This document shows, one piece after another, positions 1 through 11,597 of a stretch of DNA of 64,000 nucleotides. A model generated the notes under the pieces. That model made no database searches. It saw only the letters and a program-made list of their open reading frames with translations, and had not been told where the DNA came from. How positions within the stretch are numbered: the first letter of the stretch is position 1; the number at the start of each line of letters is the position of its first letter. Made by a program: the position numbers and the translations under genes. The stretch is from an uncultured delta proteobacterium. GTDB lineage: Bacteria; Desulfobacterota; Binatia; UBA9968. The stretch lies in NCBI GenBank assembly GCA_963771465.1, contig CAVYTU010000013.1, positions 192,001 through 256,000 on the forward strand, in the 5' to 3' direction.

Positions 1-251
1 GCAGCGGCAAGACGACGCTCAACGTTTATACCTCGCAGGAGGCTGGGACCAACAAGGCGACTGCGGTCACCTGGGCGGTTGGCGACCAGGTCGAGGATAT
101 CGTGCGGGCGCTGAAGGCGAAGGGCGTCGCTTTCGAGCATTACGACATGCCGGACACGACGCTCCAGGGTGACGTCCACGTCGCCGGCGACATCAAGGTC
201 GCCTGGTTCAAAGATCCCGACGGCAACATCCTCAACATCATCAATCGATAA
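1..251 (+). CDS. VOC/glyoxalase family protein, 5'-truncated by window edge
   Basis: Frame from base 3 reads SGKTTLNVYTSQEAGTNKATAVTWAVG...FEHYDMP...VAWFKDPDGNILNIINR*; the FKDPDGN motif is typical of VOC proteins. Confidence 0.85.
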   Translation, partial: SGKTTLNVYTSQEAGTNKATAVTWAVGDQVEDIVRALKAKGVAFEHYDMPDTTLQGDVHVAGDIKVAWFKDPDGNILNIINR

Positions 252-268
252 ACTTGCTGGGGTGAGCA

Positions 269-589
269 ATGAGCACCATCTCCAAAGACAACAAAGTCGT
301 CACACTGGTCAACGTCTTTACCGTCGGTGCGGAGAACCAGCAGCGGCTAGTCGACGTCTTGATCGAAGCGACGGAAAAAACCATGAAGCATCAGCCCGGT
401 TTCGTTTCCGCCAGCATCCATCGGAGCTTTGACGGCGGCAAGGTGGTCAACTACGCCCAGTGGCGCAGCCGCGAGGACTTTGCCGCGATGATGCGCAACC
501 CGGAGGCGCATCCGCATATGGCAGCCGCGGCGGCGCTGGCCGAGTTCGATCCCATCTTGTGTGAAGTCGTCGATTCCATCGACGCATGA
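269..589 (+). CDS. Antibiotic biosynthesis monooxygenase (ABM) family protein
   Basis: 106 aa; VTLVNVFTV...QPGFVSASIHRSFDGGKVVNYAQWRS ferredoxin-like ABM pattern. Confidence 0.85.
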   Translation: MSTISKDNKVVTLVNVFTVGAENQQRLVDVLIEATEKTMKHQPGFVSASIHRSFDGGKVVNYAQWRSREDFAAMMRNPEAHPHMAAAAALAEFDPILCEVVDSIDA

Positions 590-662
590 GCGGAGTTTTG
601 CAATAGCGCGGGCGAAGCGCTTGACGCTCCGCGCCGCTGCTCGGTTCGGAACAAAAAATAAA

Positions 663-3600
663 TTATTTCTTTTCTTTGCCGTCGATGATGCGTTGCAGTC
701 GATCGTGATCGATGGGCTTGACGAGATGATAGTCGAAACCGGCGGCGCTCGATTGCTCGCGGTCTTCATCGCGGCCCCAGCCGGTTTGCGCAATCAAAAT
801 AGTTTTATCAAAGCGCGGCTGCGCGCGTATCTGACGGGCCACATCGTGGCCGCTCATGCCGCGCGGCAGACCGAGATCGATGAGCGCGAAGTCGGGAACG
901 AAGTCCGCCAATAGGGCCAGCGCACTCGGGCCATCGGCAGCGGTTTTGACTTCATGGCCGCTGAATTCCAGCAGCAGGCAGAGCGACGTGGCCTGCATCT
1001 TGTTGTCGTCGACGACGAGAAGTTTTTTGCGCGCCTGCGTCGCCCCAGGTTTAGCTTGGGCATCCACTTTCGATTCCTCCTGAGGCGCTTGCGCCATCAG
1101 CGGCAGCCGCACGCTGAATACGCTGCCGCGATTGACGCCTTCGCTGTGCGCCTGGACGCTGCCGCCGTGCAACTCGACCAGGCTTTTGACCAGAGTGAGA
1201 CCGATGCCGAGGCCGCCGCTGTCCGTGGCGCGCTCTCCCTGGGAAAACATCTCAAATACCCGGCGCAATAATGCTTTAGACATACCCACGCCGTTGTCGC
1301 TTACGCTGACGCAGACTTGGTTATTTTCCAGTTGCGCCGCTATGCGGATGTCACCGCCCGGATTGGTAAATTTGGCCGCGTTAATCAGCAAATTTGAAAA
1401 TACTTGGCTGAGCCGGACGCGGTCGGCCTCCACCCAGAGGTCGTCGGCGGGCAAAGCTACTTGCAACTTATGATTTTTCTCATCGACGAAGGGTTGGCTG
1501 GCTTCGATGGCTTCTTGGATAATGGTTGCCAGCTTGAGCGGCTGCTTGCGCAAATCGAGCCGGTGTCGGGTCAGCCGGCTGACATCGAGGAGATCTTCCA
1601 ACATGCGCGCCATCTGCTGCACTTCGCGGCCGATAATATTCAGGCTGGTGCTCTGCAAGTCCGGCATCGGCCGTGCCCAAGCGCAGAATCTCGACTGCGT
1701 TGCTGATCGGCGCCAAGGGATTGCGCAGCTCATGGGCGAGCAAAGCGACAAATTCATTTTTCTGCCGATCGGCTTCTTTGAGCTCTTCAATGCGATCTTG
1801 CAATGCTGCCGCGGTTCGCTTCTGCGCGGTGATATCGAAACAGACGCCGGTAAGATAGGCCGGCGCGCCCGCCGCATCGTGGAAAATTTTAGCCGTGGTC
1901 AAAAGCCAGCAGATCGAGCCGTTGGCGCGCAAAAAACGCAGCTCTTCGGTAAAACCGCCGGTGGTCAATGCCTGGCGGCGCGCGGCGCTCAGTTTTTCCC
2001 GATCGTCGGGGTGAATCGCGCTGAAAAATCCCTCGTCGGTAAGCGGTTGCGGCAGCACGCCGAGCAGCGCATGAATGCGATCGTCCCAATAGCACCGATC
2101 GGTCTTGAGATCGCAATACCAAGTCGCCAGCGAGCCGCCTTCGAGCGCCAGCCGCAAGCGCTCGTCTTTTTCGCGCAGCGCTTGCTCGGCGCTCTTAATA
2201 TCCGTGATGTCGAAACTGGAGCCGACGTAGCCGAGAAAATTGCCATCGGCGGAGAAGCGCGGCACGCCGAGAGACTTCATCCAGCGGTATTCGCCGTCAC
2301 GGCGGCGCATGCGGAAGTAGGCTTCGAACGGAGTGCGTTGGGCGACCGCGCCCGCATAGGTTTTCACATACGCTTCATGATCCTCCGGATGGAGGTAGCG
2401 CGACCAAATGTCGTCTTGCAACTCGGTTTCGCTGCCGGCGCCGACGAATTCTAAAAAAGCTCGGTTGACAAACTCATGACCGTTCGCGCCGGCAAGCCAG
2501 ATCAACACCGGCGCGGTGTCGGCGAGCAGGCGGAAACGCGCCTCGCTTTCGCGGATCGCTTCGGCGCTCTTTTTGATGTCGTCGATATCGATCAAAAGGA
2601 TCACCGCGCCTTCGATCTTGTGATCGGCGGTGCGGTAGGGATGAATGCGCAGGCGATGCCAGCGTCCCTCAAGGTCGCGCACTTCGCGCTCGCGCAGTTG
2701 CACCTGATTGATGACTTCATAGATCAAGTCGTCGAGATCGGCGATTTCGATATTGCTCTTCAAATCGGTGAGCGGCCGGCCGATGTCGTTGGCGCGCAGG
2801 TTAAACGCCCGGCGCGCGGCATCGGTGTAGCGCCGGATGCGCAGGTCGGGACCGACCATCACCATCGGAATCGCCATGCTCGCCAGCAGGTTCGATAAAT
2901 CGTTGTTGAGCAGGGTGAGGTCCGAATTGCGATTGTGCAGCTGCTCGTTGACCGTGGTCAGTTCTTCGTTGGTCGACTGCAACTCTTCTTTAGCGGTTTC
3001 CAACTCCTCGTTGGTGCTTTGCAACTCTTCGTTGCTCGACAGGGTCTCCTCATTGGCCGAGCGCAGCTCCTCGTTGGCGGCGTCCTGCTGCTCGAGCAGC
3101 GACTGCAAATATTCTTTGATCGCCGTCAGCTCGCGGCGCAGTTGCAGGACTTCGCGCTCCTCTTCGGGCTCGAAGCGGGCCTCGCGCCGTCGCCGTTGGT
3201 CTCCTGGGTTTTTTCCGGCGCGGCGATTTCATCGAACATAACCAAGAAACAGGTTTCGCGGCTCGCCGGCGGCCGCACCGGCACCACTTCAAGATTGACG
3301 CTGCGGCTGTCGCCGTCGACGCGCACGCGCAGTCCTTCGCGGCGCACGGCGTGGTGTTGCTTGCGCGCCTCTTCGATGGCGCTGCGCAGTTCGAGGAACA
3401 AACCCTCGCGCGCCATTTTGAGCAAATTGTTGGTCGGCTCGCCCGGAGGCAGCTCCAAATAATTGCTGGTGCGGCCGCGAAACTGCACGATGTCGAGGTT
3501 GTCATTGACCAGCACGCCCGGCGGCGCGTAGCGCCCGAGCAGCATTCGGTCGGCTTCACGTTGGAAATCGGCCGGCGTCGAGCCCGGCGCCACGGCGCGT

Positions 3601-5175
3601 TTCTCGATGAAATGGCCGGTGGTGCGAAAGTCTTCCGGGGCGAAATGAATCACAGGCCGGGTCACCGCGGGTTTTTTGGCGTAAATCTTATTGTTCCGGT
3701 CGGTCGCCTCGAACAGGTCGACATTGTCGCCGATCGATTCGGAGCTGCCGAGCACGAGAAAGCCGGGCGAGTTCAAGGCATAGTGAAACGTCGGCAACAC
3801 GCGCTTTTGCAACGGCGGCGCCAGATAGATCAGCACGTTGCGGCAACTCACCATATCGACATGGGAAAAGGGCGGGTCCGCGGTCAGATTTTGGCGCGCG
3901 AATACGCACATATCGCGAATCGATTTATCGATTCGGTAGATATGGTCCTCTTTTTGAAAAAAACGTTTCAAGCGCTCGGGACTGAGCTCGGCTTCGATAT
4001 TGTCGGGATAGATTCCCGCGCGCGCTTTCTCTAAGGAACTTGGCTCGCCGATATCGGTGGCGAAGATCTGAATCGGCGACCGGCTTGGTTTGTTATCGAA
4101 AAACTCGACCAGGCTCATGGCGATGGAATAGGCTTCCTGCCCCGTCGAGCAGCCCGGCACCCAAACCCGTAGCGTCGACAAGGCATGCTTGGCTTCGACG
4201 ATTTCCGGATAGACCCGCTTTTTGAGGGCGTCGAACAAAGCCGGATCGCGAAAAAAACTGGTGACGTTGATCAGCAGATCTTGATAAAGCGCCTTGACCT
4301 CTTGCGGGTCGTTTTCGAGGCGCTGGATATAATCGCCCATGGTTTCCTGGGTGTGCAGCGCCATGCGCCGCAGGATGCGCCGTTTGATCGTGGTATCGCG
4401 ATACATGGTGAAATCGACGCCGGTAACGGCGCGCACCCGGGTGAGAACTTTTCGATACTGGGTTTCGCTATCGTCGGGGATAATCGGCGCCGGTTGTTGC
4501 GAAGTTGGATTTAGATAAGGATGAGTGCGGATCTGCGCCAGCCGGCGGCCGATCTCGTCGGGCGGTAAGATCAGGTCGGCGCAGCGGCTTTCGGCGGCGC
4601 TATGCGGCATGCCGCTATACTTCGCCGACTGCTCGTCCTGGGCGAAGGTGATGCCGCCCATCGCCTTGATTTCGCAAATCCCTTGGGCGCCGTCGGACCC
4701 CGTGCCGGATAGAATGATTCCCACCGCGCAGGTCTTCTGATCTTCCGCCAAGGCGCGAAAAAAATAATCGATGGGCAGATGTAGTCCGCGTCCCTCGGCG
4801 CGCGGCGTGATTTGCAGTATTCCCTGGACAATCGCCAGATTCACATTGGGCGGAATGATATAAACGTGATTGGGCTCGACCTTGAGGCCTTGCGCTGCCT
4901 CGCTCACCGGCATCCGCGTATAGCGCGCCAATAGATCGACCAGCCGGCTTTCATGATGCGGATCGAGATGCTGGATCAAAACGAACGCCATGCCGGTGTC
5001 GTCCGGCAGATGAGCTGAGGAGTTGCTGGTAGGCTTCGAGGCCGCCCGCCGATGCGCCGACGCCGACGATCGGAAAGGCGCCATTGCCGTTATCGCCGCC
5101 GGCGACGGGACCCTTGTCATGCTCTTCGGCAACGGGGAATCTTGATTCAGGATCGTTAGGATTACTTAAAGTCAT
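663..5175 (-). CDS. CheB-CheR-PAS/coiled-coil-PAS-PAS-HisKA-HATPase-REC fusion hybrid kinase (~1500 aa), broken by three frameshifts (~5015, ~3210, ~1670)
   Basis: Consecutive ORFs 4951-5175 (VGVGASAGG), 3126-5132 (QHL, ILSGTGSDG; CheR VTSFFRD, GCSTGQEAYS, SCRNVLIY), 1480-3108 (EELQSTNEEL repeats, PAS, HELRNPL) and 663-1877 (NLLINAAKF, GLGIGL, REC) join into one known architecture. Confidence 0.9.
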
Positions 5176-5414
5176 ACCGATGATCCCTAAATCTCGGCAC
5201 GAAATACGACTTTACGGCCCAAATCTCGTGCAGCAAGAGTTCTAATAATTACTTACCCGCGCATGGTGTGTCAACAGGCTATTCTGCAACGCCGACCGCG
5301 GCCGCTGTCCCAATTCTAAGAAAGATATTTTGCAAAAAGTTGCGTTTGGGTAACAGCCTTATTTTTTCTATTCACCAATTGCCGCGCGTTGATCGTGGAT
5401 CGCGCCATTGCTGC

Positions 5415-5430
5415 TGGCACGAGCGTTGCT
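5415..5430 (+). promoter_or_regulatory. sigma54 -24/-12 promoter
   Basis: TGGCAC-GAGCG-TTGCT, 70 bp upstream of the DUF326 gene. Confidence 0.8.
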
Positions 5431-5500
5431 CCACTCATTTCATACAGGGAAAATTAAAATCGCCGCCGTAAAACCGGCCGGGTAGGCAAGGAGGCATGCA

Positions 5501-5860
5501 ATGAATGAACAGCAACAGCCTATCGATCACGATATGGAAGTGTGCATTGAAAACTGTACCGAGTGTCATCGGATTTGCTTGGAGACGATGGAGTATTGTC
5601 TTGGCATGGGTGGCAAACACGCTGACGCAGCGCACATCGCCCTATTGGCCGATTGCGCGCAGATTTGTCAGACCAGCGCTGATTTCCTGATTCGCGACTC
5701 GCGATTGCACCAGCAAATCTGCGCTGTCTGCGCGGCGGTTTGCCGGCGTTGCGCCGATGACTGCATCGCTGTGGGCGGCGACGACGAGCAGATGCATCAG
5801 TGCGCCGAACAGTGCGTCATCTGTGAGGAGAGCTGCGCCGAGATGGCGGGACATAAGTAG
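5501..5860 (+). CDS. Cys-rich four-helix-bundle copper-binding protein (DUF326/Csp3-like)
   Basis: Repeated CxxxC/CxxC motifs (CIENCTECHRIC, CAQIC, CAVCAAVCRRCADDC, CAEQCVICEESC); AGGAGG RBS. Confidence 0.9.
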   Translation: MNEQQQPIDHDMEVCIENCTECHRICLETMEYCLGMGGKHADAAHIALLADCAQICQTSADFLIRDSRLHQQICAVCAAVCRRCADDCIAVGGDDEQMHQCAEQCVICEESCAEMAGHK

Positions 5861-5896
5861 TACTGAACGAAAGTAGAATTTGAACGAGGCCTAAGA

Positions 5897-7243
5897 ATGA
5901 AAATCAAACTAAAAAAAATCCGTGACCAAATTATCGTTATCACCGGCGCTTCGTCGGGCATCGGCTTGGCGACGGCGCGTATGGCGGCGCAACGGGGCGC
6001 CAAGCTCGTGTTGGCGGCACGCAGCCACGGAGCGCTGCGAACGCTGACCGACGAGATCAAACAAAAAGGCGGTCAGGCGATTCATTTCGAAGCGGACGTC
6101 GGCAATCCCGAAGACGTGTGCGACATCGCCCGCGCCGCCATCGAGCGCTACGGCGGTTTCGATACCTGGGTGAACAACGCCGGCATCGGTATGTACGGCA
6201 AACTCGAAGACGCCGATACCGAGGATATGCGCAAACTGTTCGAAACCAATTTCTGGGGATTGCTCTACGGCTCTCTCGAAGCCGTCAAACACTTGAAACT
6301 GCGCGGTGGCGCTTTGATCAACGTCGGCAGCACCGAATCCGAACGGGGTGTGCCCTTGCAAGGCGTCTATGCGGCCTCGAAACATGCCGTGAAAGGATTC
6401 ACCGATGTGCTGCGCATGGAACTCGAAGCCGACGGCGCGCCGGTATCGGTTACTTTGATCAAGCCCGCCGCCATCGACACGCCGTTTCCGTTGAACGCCA
6501 AAAATTATCTCGCCAGCGAGCCGCAGCATGTGGCGCCGGTCTACGCGCCCGAGGCGGTGGCCGAAGCGATCTTGCACTGTTGCGAAAATCCGGTGCGCGA
6601 GCTGTTTGTCGGCGCCGGCGGCAAAGGTTACGCCGCCATGGGTTACTATGCGCCGAGTCTGGCCGACAAAGTCGGAGAACAATACGTCATGGCCGGAACC
6701 CAGAGCGGCAAGCCCCGGCGTGAACGCGATGCTTTGGATCGGCCTTCAGAAAAACTCCAGGAGCGCGGCGATTACCCGGGTCATGTGGCGCAATCGAGCT
6801 TGTACACGAAAACTTCATTGCACCCGTGGTTATCCGCCGTGGCCGCGTTGGGCGCCGGCTGGCTGCTGCGCGCTTGGTGGCGCGCCGTCCGCTCGCAGCC
6901 GGCGAGTGACGGTCTCCATTGGACCAATCCTTATGAAAACAAATCGACAACTACACAAGCGAGGAGCGAGGCGATGATTGAAAAATCACAAATCCGCGAG
7001 CATATGCAGGTGCGCGGATCGGACGGCCAGCCAGTCGGCGAGGTCGACAAGCTCGAAGGCGATCGTATCAAGCTGACGAAAAATAGCGTCTCCGCTGAGG
7101 ATCAGCATCAGTATATCGACCTCGATGCGGTGGTGTCGGTGCAAGGCGACGTCTTATGTCTCGATAAAACCGCCGAGGCGGCCAAGCGCGAGATGCAAGC
7201 GCGACAAAGCGAGTCCGGCGCCACCGGGCCGGCTGACATTTAA
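5897..7243 (+). CDS. Short-chain dehydrogenase/reductase, reading in frame into a DUF2171 domain
   Basis: TGASSGIG, NNAG and YAASK motifs; no stop before the DUF2171 segment. Confidence 0.85.
   Translation: MKIKLKKIRDQIIVITGASSGIGLATARMAAQRGAKLVLAARSHGALRTLTDEIKQKGGQAIHFEADVGNPEDVCDIARAAIERYGGFDTWVNNAGIGMYGKLEDADTEDMRKLFETNFWGLLYGSLEAVKHLKLRGGALINVGSTESERGVPLQGVYAASKHAVKGFTDVLRMELEADGAPVSVTLIKPAAIDTPFPLNAKNYLASEPQHVAPVYAPEAVAEAILHCCENPVRELFVGAGGKGYAAMGYYAPSLADKVGEQYVMAGTQSGKPRRERDALDRPSEKLQERGDYPGHVAQSSLYTKTSLHPWLSAVAALGAGWLLRAWWRAVRSQPASDGLHWTNPYENKSTTTQARSEAMIEKSQIREHMQVRGSDGQPVGEVDKLEGDRIKLTKNSVSAEDQHQYIDLDAVVSVQGDVLCLDKTAEAAKREMQARQSESGATGPADI
6974..7243 (+). CDS. DUF2171 family protein (probable internal or independent start)
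   Basis: GAGGAG RBS then MIEKSQIREHMQVRGSDGQPVGEVDKLEGDRIKLTK...HQYIDLDAV. Confidence 0.7.
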   Translation: MIEKSQIREHMQVRGSDGQPVGEVDKLEGDRIKLTKNSVSAEDQHQYIDLDAVVSVQGDVLCLDKTAEAAKREMQARQSESGATGPADI

Positions 7244-7338
7244 TCCAGCGCGCCGATGGCGCGCGGATAATCATTTGGCTCTTCGCGTAGTCGAGTGGGT
7301 GAATTCTTGGTAACGACTCTTGTGATTGAGGTTTTCCA

Positions 7339-7462
7339 TCCCCCTTTGAAAAAAGGGGGACCGAGGGGGATTTGTTCGACGCCGAGGGACGAACTGTCAC
7401 CGAGCATCAAACCACGCGCAACGAAAAAATCCCTCCTAACCTCCCTTTGCCAAAGGGAGGAA
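7339..7462. repeat. Inverted pair of REP-like palindromic elements
   Basis: TCCCCCTTTGAAAAAAGGGGGACCGAGGGGGATTT (7339-7373) and an inverted copy AAATCCCTCCTAACCTCCCTTTGCCAAAGGGAGGAA (7427-7462), each with its own hairpin. Confidence 0.75.
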
Positions 7463-7513
7463 CCGTCCGCGATGATCCAATCATTTAACCAACGGCCGGA
7501 AAGGATGACAATT

Positions 7514-8869
7514 ATGAAAGCCTTATGTTGGTACGGCACGAAAGATGTGCGCGTGGAAACGGTGCCCGACCCGAAGATTATCACGCCGCGCGACGTGATC
7601 GTTAAGATCACCACGACGGCGATTTGCGGTTCGGATCTGCATCTTTACGGCGGCTACATTCCGACCATGGAAAAGGGCGACATTCTCGGCCATGAAAACA
7701 TGGGCGAAGTCGTCGAAACCGGCGCGGACGTGAAAAAATTAAAGGTCGGCGATCGCGTCGTCGTGCCGTTCACGATTGCTTGCGGCGAATGTTTCTTTTG
7801 CCGGAAGCAATTGTGGTCGCTGTGCGACAACACCAACCCCAATGCCGCCATGGCGGAAAAACTCTACAGCTATTCCCCCTCGGGGTTGTTCGGTTATTCG
7901 CACATGCTGGGCGGCTATGCCGGCGGCCAGGCGGAATATCTGCGTGTGCCGTTTGCCGACGTCGGCTGCTTAAAAATTCCCAACGGCATGGAAGACGAGA
8001 AAGTGCTATTCCTCTCGGACATTCTCCCCACCGGCTATATGGCCGCGGAGAATTGCGCCATCGAGCCGGGCGACACCGTGGCGGTGTGGGGCTGCGGTCC
8101 GGTGGGCCAGTTTGCGATCAGGAGCGCCTACCTGCTCGGCGCCCAACGGGTGATCGCCATTGACCGCATACCCGAGCGGCTCGACATGGCCGAGAAAAAA
8201 AGCGGCGCGGAAACCATCAACTACGAAACCGAAGAACTGTTCGACGTATTGAAAGAGAAAACCGACGGCCGCGGCCCGGATCGTTGTATCGACGCGGTGG
8301 GCATGGAAGCCCACGTGCCGGGAGCCATCGGCGTTTACGACACGGTCAAACAATCGATGATGCTGGAAACCGACCGGCCTCATGCGTTGCGCCAGGCGAT
8401 TACCTACTGCCGCAAAGGCGGCACGGTTTCGGTGCCCGGTGTTTACGGCGGCTTCATCGACAAATTCCCCATGGGCTCGGTGGTGAATAAAGCGCTGACG
8501 GTCAAGTCCGGGCAAACCCATATGCACCGCTACATGCAGCCGCTGCTCGAACGAATTCAAAACGGCGAAATCGATCCCTCGGATATTATTACCCATCGCT
8601 TGTCCCTCGACGAGGCGCCCCATGGTTATGAAATTTTCCGCGACAAGGCAGAAGGCTGCATCAAAGTCGTGTTGAAACCTGGACAATCGATCCCACGCGC
8701 GGAACATGCAAAACCGGCCAACGAGGCGGCCGCGACGCACGTGATGCATAATGTCTTGCCGCGCTTGAGCGCAGCGAAAACCGGATGGTGGTTCAGTCTG
8801 GATTTTTCGGAAAAGACTTGTTGCGTTGACCTGCAGAGCAGACATGACAACTTCAAAACTGCCTCATGA
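7514..8869 (+). CDS. Zinc-dependent alcohol dehydrogenase (formaldehyde dehydrogenase-like)
   Basis: ICGSDLH, GHE, CGECFFC...C zinc ligands and GCGPVG; start at MKALCW; about 60 aa of extra tail after CIKVVLKP. Confidence 0.9.
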   Translation: MKALCWYGTKDVRVETVPDPKIITPRDVIVKITTTAICGSDLHLYGGYIPTMEKGDILGHENMGEVVETGADVKKLKVGDRVVVPFTIACGECFFCRKQLWSLCDNTNPNAAMAEKLYSYSPSGLFGYSHMLGGYAGGQAEYLRVPFADVGCLKIPNGMEDEKVLFLSDILPTGYMAAENCAIEPGDTVAVWGCGPVGQFAIRSAYLLGAQRVIAIDRIPERLDMAEKKSGAETINYETEELFDVLKEKTDGRGPDRCIDAVGMEAHVPGAIGVYDTVKQSMMLETDRPHALRQAITYCRKGGTVSVPGVYGGFIDKFPMGSVVNKALTVKSGQTHMHRYMQPLLERIQNGEIDPSDIITHRLSLDEAPHGYEIFRDKAEGCIKVVLKPGQSIPRAEHAKPANEAAATHVMHNVLPRLSAAKTGWWFSLDFSEKTCCVDLQSRHDNFKTAS

Positions 8870-8946
8870 ACTTCATAATAAACGTTACGCTTATGCTCGG
8901 TGTTTCTGTCTGTATCGGATTGATCTTCTGGCTTCTCAAGAAGTGA
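8866..8946 (+). CDS. Putative 26-aa single-pass membrane peptide
   Basis: [26 protein letters not shown]; ATGA overlap with the ADH stop; hydrophobic core followed by KK. Confidence 0.4.
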   Translation: MNFIINVTLMLGVSVCIGLIFWLLKK

Positions 8947-8984
8947 AACGCTAAAACCGACGTCGCTTGGCGCAAGGAGCAGCG

Positions 8985-9263
8985 ATGAAAAAATGTCCCC
9001 ATTGCGCCGAAGAAGTGCAAGACGAAGCGGTGAAGTGTCGTTATTGCGGTTCCAGTTTGCACGCCGGCGGCTCGCGCCTTAAGCAGTTGCATCGCTCGCG
9101 CCGGGACCGCAAGATTGCCGGCATCTGCGCCGGCCTTGCCGAATATTTCGACGTCGACGTTGTCATCATGCGTGTCGCCTGGGTGATTTTCGGGTTCGTC
9201 TCCGTCGGCGTCGCCGTGTTGCTTTACCTGGTGTTGATTTTCGTCATACCTAGCGAAGAATAA
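8985..9263 (+). CDS. Zinc-ribbon + PspC domain protein
   Basis: CPHCAE...KCRYCG followed by [24 protein letters not shown]...LYLVL; AAGGAG RBS. Confidence 0.9.
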   Translation: MKKCPHCAEEVQDEAVKCRYCGSSLHAGGSRLKQLHRSRRDRKIAGICAGLAEYFDVDVVIMRVAWVIFGFVSVGVAVLLYLVLIFVIPSEE

Positions 9264-9305
9264 TCTGCGCGTGCAAAGCGCCGTGGCGTGCGAAATTCTC
9301 TCCAC

Positions 9306-9323
9306 TGTCCCGTAAATAGGACA
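9306..9323. promoter_or_regulatory. Palindromic TGT-N12-ACA putative regulator site upstream of kaiC
   Basis: TGTCCCG-TAAA-TAGGACA (CTGTCC/GGACAG inverted repeat). Confidence 0.4.
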
Positions 9324-9473
9324 GCGCTTTTATCCAGTCCGTTAAGGATATTCCCAATCTTTATTCTTGCAGAGCGGTTAGATTTGTGTTTTTTCTATGA
9401 CTCGCGATTCCGTCTGCGCCTTCGGGTTCGAGCGCGCGGCGATGCAACTCATCGGTGGAGAACTTCGACAGTT

Positions 9474-11249
9474 ATGGCAAGGCGAACCAACCAATCTAAA
9501 GCAAGTATGCCGGCGCTCGCCAAGGCAACCACCGGTATCGCCGGGTTCGACGAAATAACCGGCGGCGGTTTGCCGCGCGGCCGGACTTCGCTTGTTGCCG
9601 GCAGCGCCGGCGCCGGTAAAACTCTTTTCGGCATGGAATTTATTTATCGTGGCGCGACGCAGTTCGGCGAGCCGGGCGTGTTCATGGCCTTCGAGGAGAA
9701 TGAAACCGAGTTGGCCGAGAACGTCGCCAGCCTCGGCTTTGATCTCGACGCGTCGATCAAACGCAATCAGATCATGGTCGATTTTGTCCGGGTCGAGCGC
9801 AGCGAGATCGAAGAGACCGGCGAATACGATCTCGAAGGTTTGTTTATCCGCCTGGGCCACGCCATCGAGAAAGTGAAAGCCAAGCGCGTCGTGCTCGACA
9901 CCCTCGAGGCGCTGTTCGCAGCCTTGCCTAATGAAGGCATCTTGCGCGCCGAGATGCGCCGATTGTTTCGCTGGCTCAAAGAGCGCGGCGTCACCGCCGT
10001 CATCACCGCCGAACGCGGCAGCGGCGCGCTCACGCGCCACGGTTTGGAAGAATACGTTTCGGACTGTGTAATTTTGCTCGACCATCGAGTGATCGAACAA
10101 ATGTCGACCCGGCGCATGCGCGTGGTGAAATATCGCGGCTCGGCGCACGGCACCAATGAATATCCGTTTTTGATCGACACCCAGGGACTATCGGTGCTGC
10201 CGGTCACGTCGCTCGGTTTAAATCACGATGCTCCCAACGAGCGCATCTCTTCTGGTATCGCCGCGCTCGATGCCATGCTCGACGGGCGAGGTTACTACCG
10301 GGGTGGCAGCGTGCTGGTATCGGGCACGCCCGGCGCGGGCAAGAGTTCGCTGTCGGCGCACTTCATCGCTGCCGCCTGCGCGCGCGGCGAACGCTGTATG
10401 TATTTTGCCTTCGAAGAGTCGGAGCGCCAGATCGTGCGCAACATGCGCTCAATCGGCATCGATCTCGGCCGTTGGCTAGAAAGCGGCAGGTTGCGCTTTC
10501 ACGCGGCCCGGCCGCAATTGCAGGGATTGGAGTCCCATCTGGCGCTTATGCTTAAGCAGATCAGCGATTTCGATCCGGCGGTGGTGGTGGTCGATCCGAT
10601 GACCAATCTCACCGAGGTCGGCAGCCCGGCGGAAGCCAAAACGATGCTCGTGCGCCTGGTGGATTTTCTCAAATCGCGGCGCATCACAACGCTGTTTGTG
10701 AGTCTGACCACGGACCAGCAGAATCCTGAGCAGACCGAAGTCGGCATCTCGTCTTTGATGGACACCTGGCTTTTGTTGCGTAATCTGGAAACCAATGGTG
10801 AACGCAATCGCGGCCTCTACGTTTTAAAATCGCGCGGCATGCCGCACTCCAATCAGATTCGCGAATTCACTTTGACCGATCACGGCGCGCAATTAAGAGA
10901 AATCTATACGGGAGTCGCGGGCGTCTTGACCGGCACCGCGCGCATCGCGCAGGAGGCGCGCGAGCGCGCTGAAATACTGGCGCGCCAACAGGAGAACGAG
11001 CGCAAACGGCGCGAACTCCAAGGCAAACGCCAAGCGATGGAAGCGCAAATCACGGCGCTGCGGGCCGCTTTTGCCGCTGAGTCCGCGGAGCTCGAGAAAG
11101 TTGTCAACGATACGCGGAGTGCTGATACTCTCATGACTGACACGCGCGCAACTCTCGCTAGTTTGCGCGGTGGCGACGCCAATTCGAAGTCCCGCAACAA
11201 GCGAAAAGGAGCCGATCGTGGCAGTAATAAAGCGAACTCGCGCAAATAG
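9474..11249 (+). CDS. kaiC: Circadian clock protein KaiC homolog (double ATPase) with C-terminal coiled coil
   Basis: Walker A GSAGAGKT and GTPGAGKS, catalytic FEE pairs, [23 protein letters not shown] (SS at the phosphosites), KSRGMPHS; probable start at ATG 9474 or 9507. Confidence 0.95.
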   Translation: MARRTNQSKASMPALAKATTGIAGFDEITGGGLPRGRTSLVAGSAGAGKTLFGMEFIYRGATQFGEPGVFMAFEENETELAENVASLGFDLDASIKRNQIMVDFVRVERSEIEETGEYDLEGLFIRLGHAIEKVKAKRVVLDTLEALFAALPNEGILRAEMRRLFRWLKERGVTAVITAERGSGALTRHGLEEYVSDCVILLDHRVIEQMSTRRMRVVKYRGSAHGTNEYPFLIDTQGLSVLPVTSLGLNHDAPNERISSGIAALDAMLDGRGYYRGGSVLVSGTPGAGKSSLSAHFIAAACARGERCMYFAFEESERQIVRNMRSIGIDLGRWLESGRLRFHAARPQLQGLESHLALMLKQISDFDPAVVVVDPMTNLTEVGSPAEAKTMLVRLVDFLKSRRITTLFVSLTTDQQNPEQTEVGISSLMDTWLLLRNLETNGERNRGLYVLKSRGMPHSNQIREFTLTDHGAQLREIYTGVAGVLTGTARIAQEARERAEILARQQENERKRRELQGKRQAMEAQITALRAAFAAESAELEKVVNDTRSADTLMTDTRATLASLRGGDANSKSRNKRKGADRGSNKANSRK

Positions 11250-11547
11250 CGACGCCGAGGACCCGCCGGCTAAGCTCTGGCGGCTGCGCCTCTATGTTGC
11301 CGGGCAAAGCCCCAAGTGCTTGGCCGCCTTTGCCAATCTGAAAAAGATCTGCGAAGAGCATCTCGCAGGTGAGTATGAAATTGAAATAATCGATCTGCTC
11401 GAGCATCCGCACCTGGCGCGCGGCGACCAAATCCTGGCGATTCCAACCCTGGTGCGCAAACTTCCGGCACCCATGCGCAAAATCATCGGCGATCTGTCCA
11501 ATACCGAGCGCGTGCTCGTCGGATTGGATTTGCGGCCCGCGGGCTAG
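11218..11547 (+). CDS. kaiB: KaiB homolog 1
   Basis: [11 protein letters not shown]...ICEEHL...[38 protein letters not shown]; GTG start after AAGGAG, overlapping the kaiC end. Confidence 0.95.
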   Translation: MAVIKRTRANSDAEDPPAKLWRLRLYVAGQSPKCLAAFANLKKICEEHLAGEYEIEIIDLLEHPHLARGDQILAIPTLVRKLPAPMRKIIGDLSNTERVLVGLDLRPAG

Positions 11548-11597
11548 CGAGTTCGTTCAAGACGTAGGAAGAGATTCCAATAACCGGAAGGGATCAA

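Noticed and set aside
663-5175. Chemotaxis operon
   Set aside because: CheB/CheR are fused to a PAS kinase; no MCP, cheA, cheW or cheY is present
7295-7513. N-terminal extension of the ADH ORF in the track (also upstream extensions at 9288, 34698, 42507 and 48686)
   Set aside because: These run through repeats, promoters or another gene; better starts, supported by homology or an RBS, lie downstream
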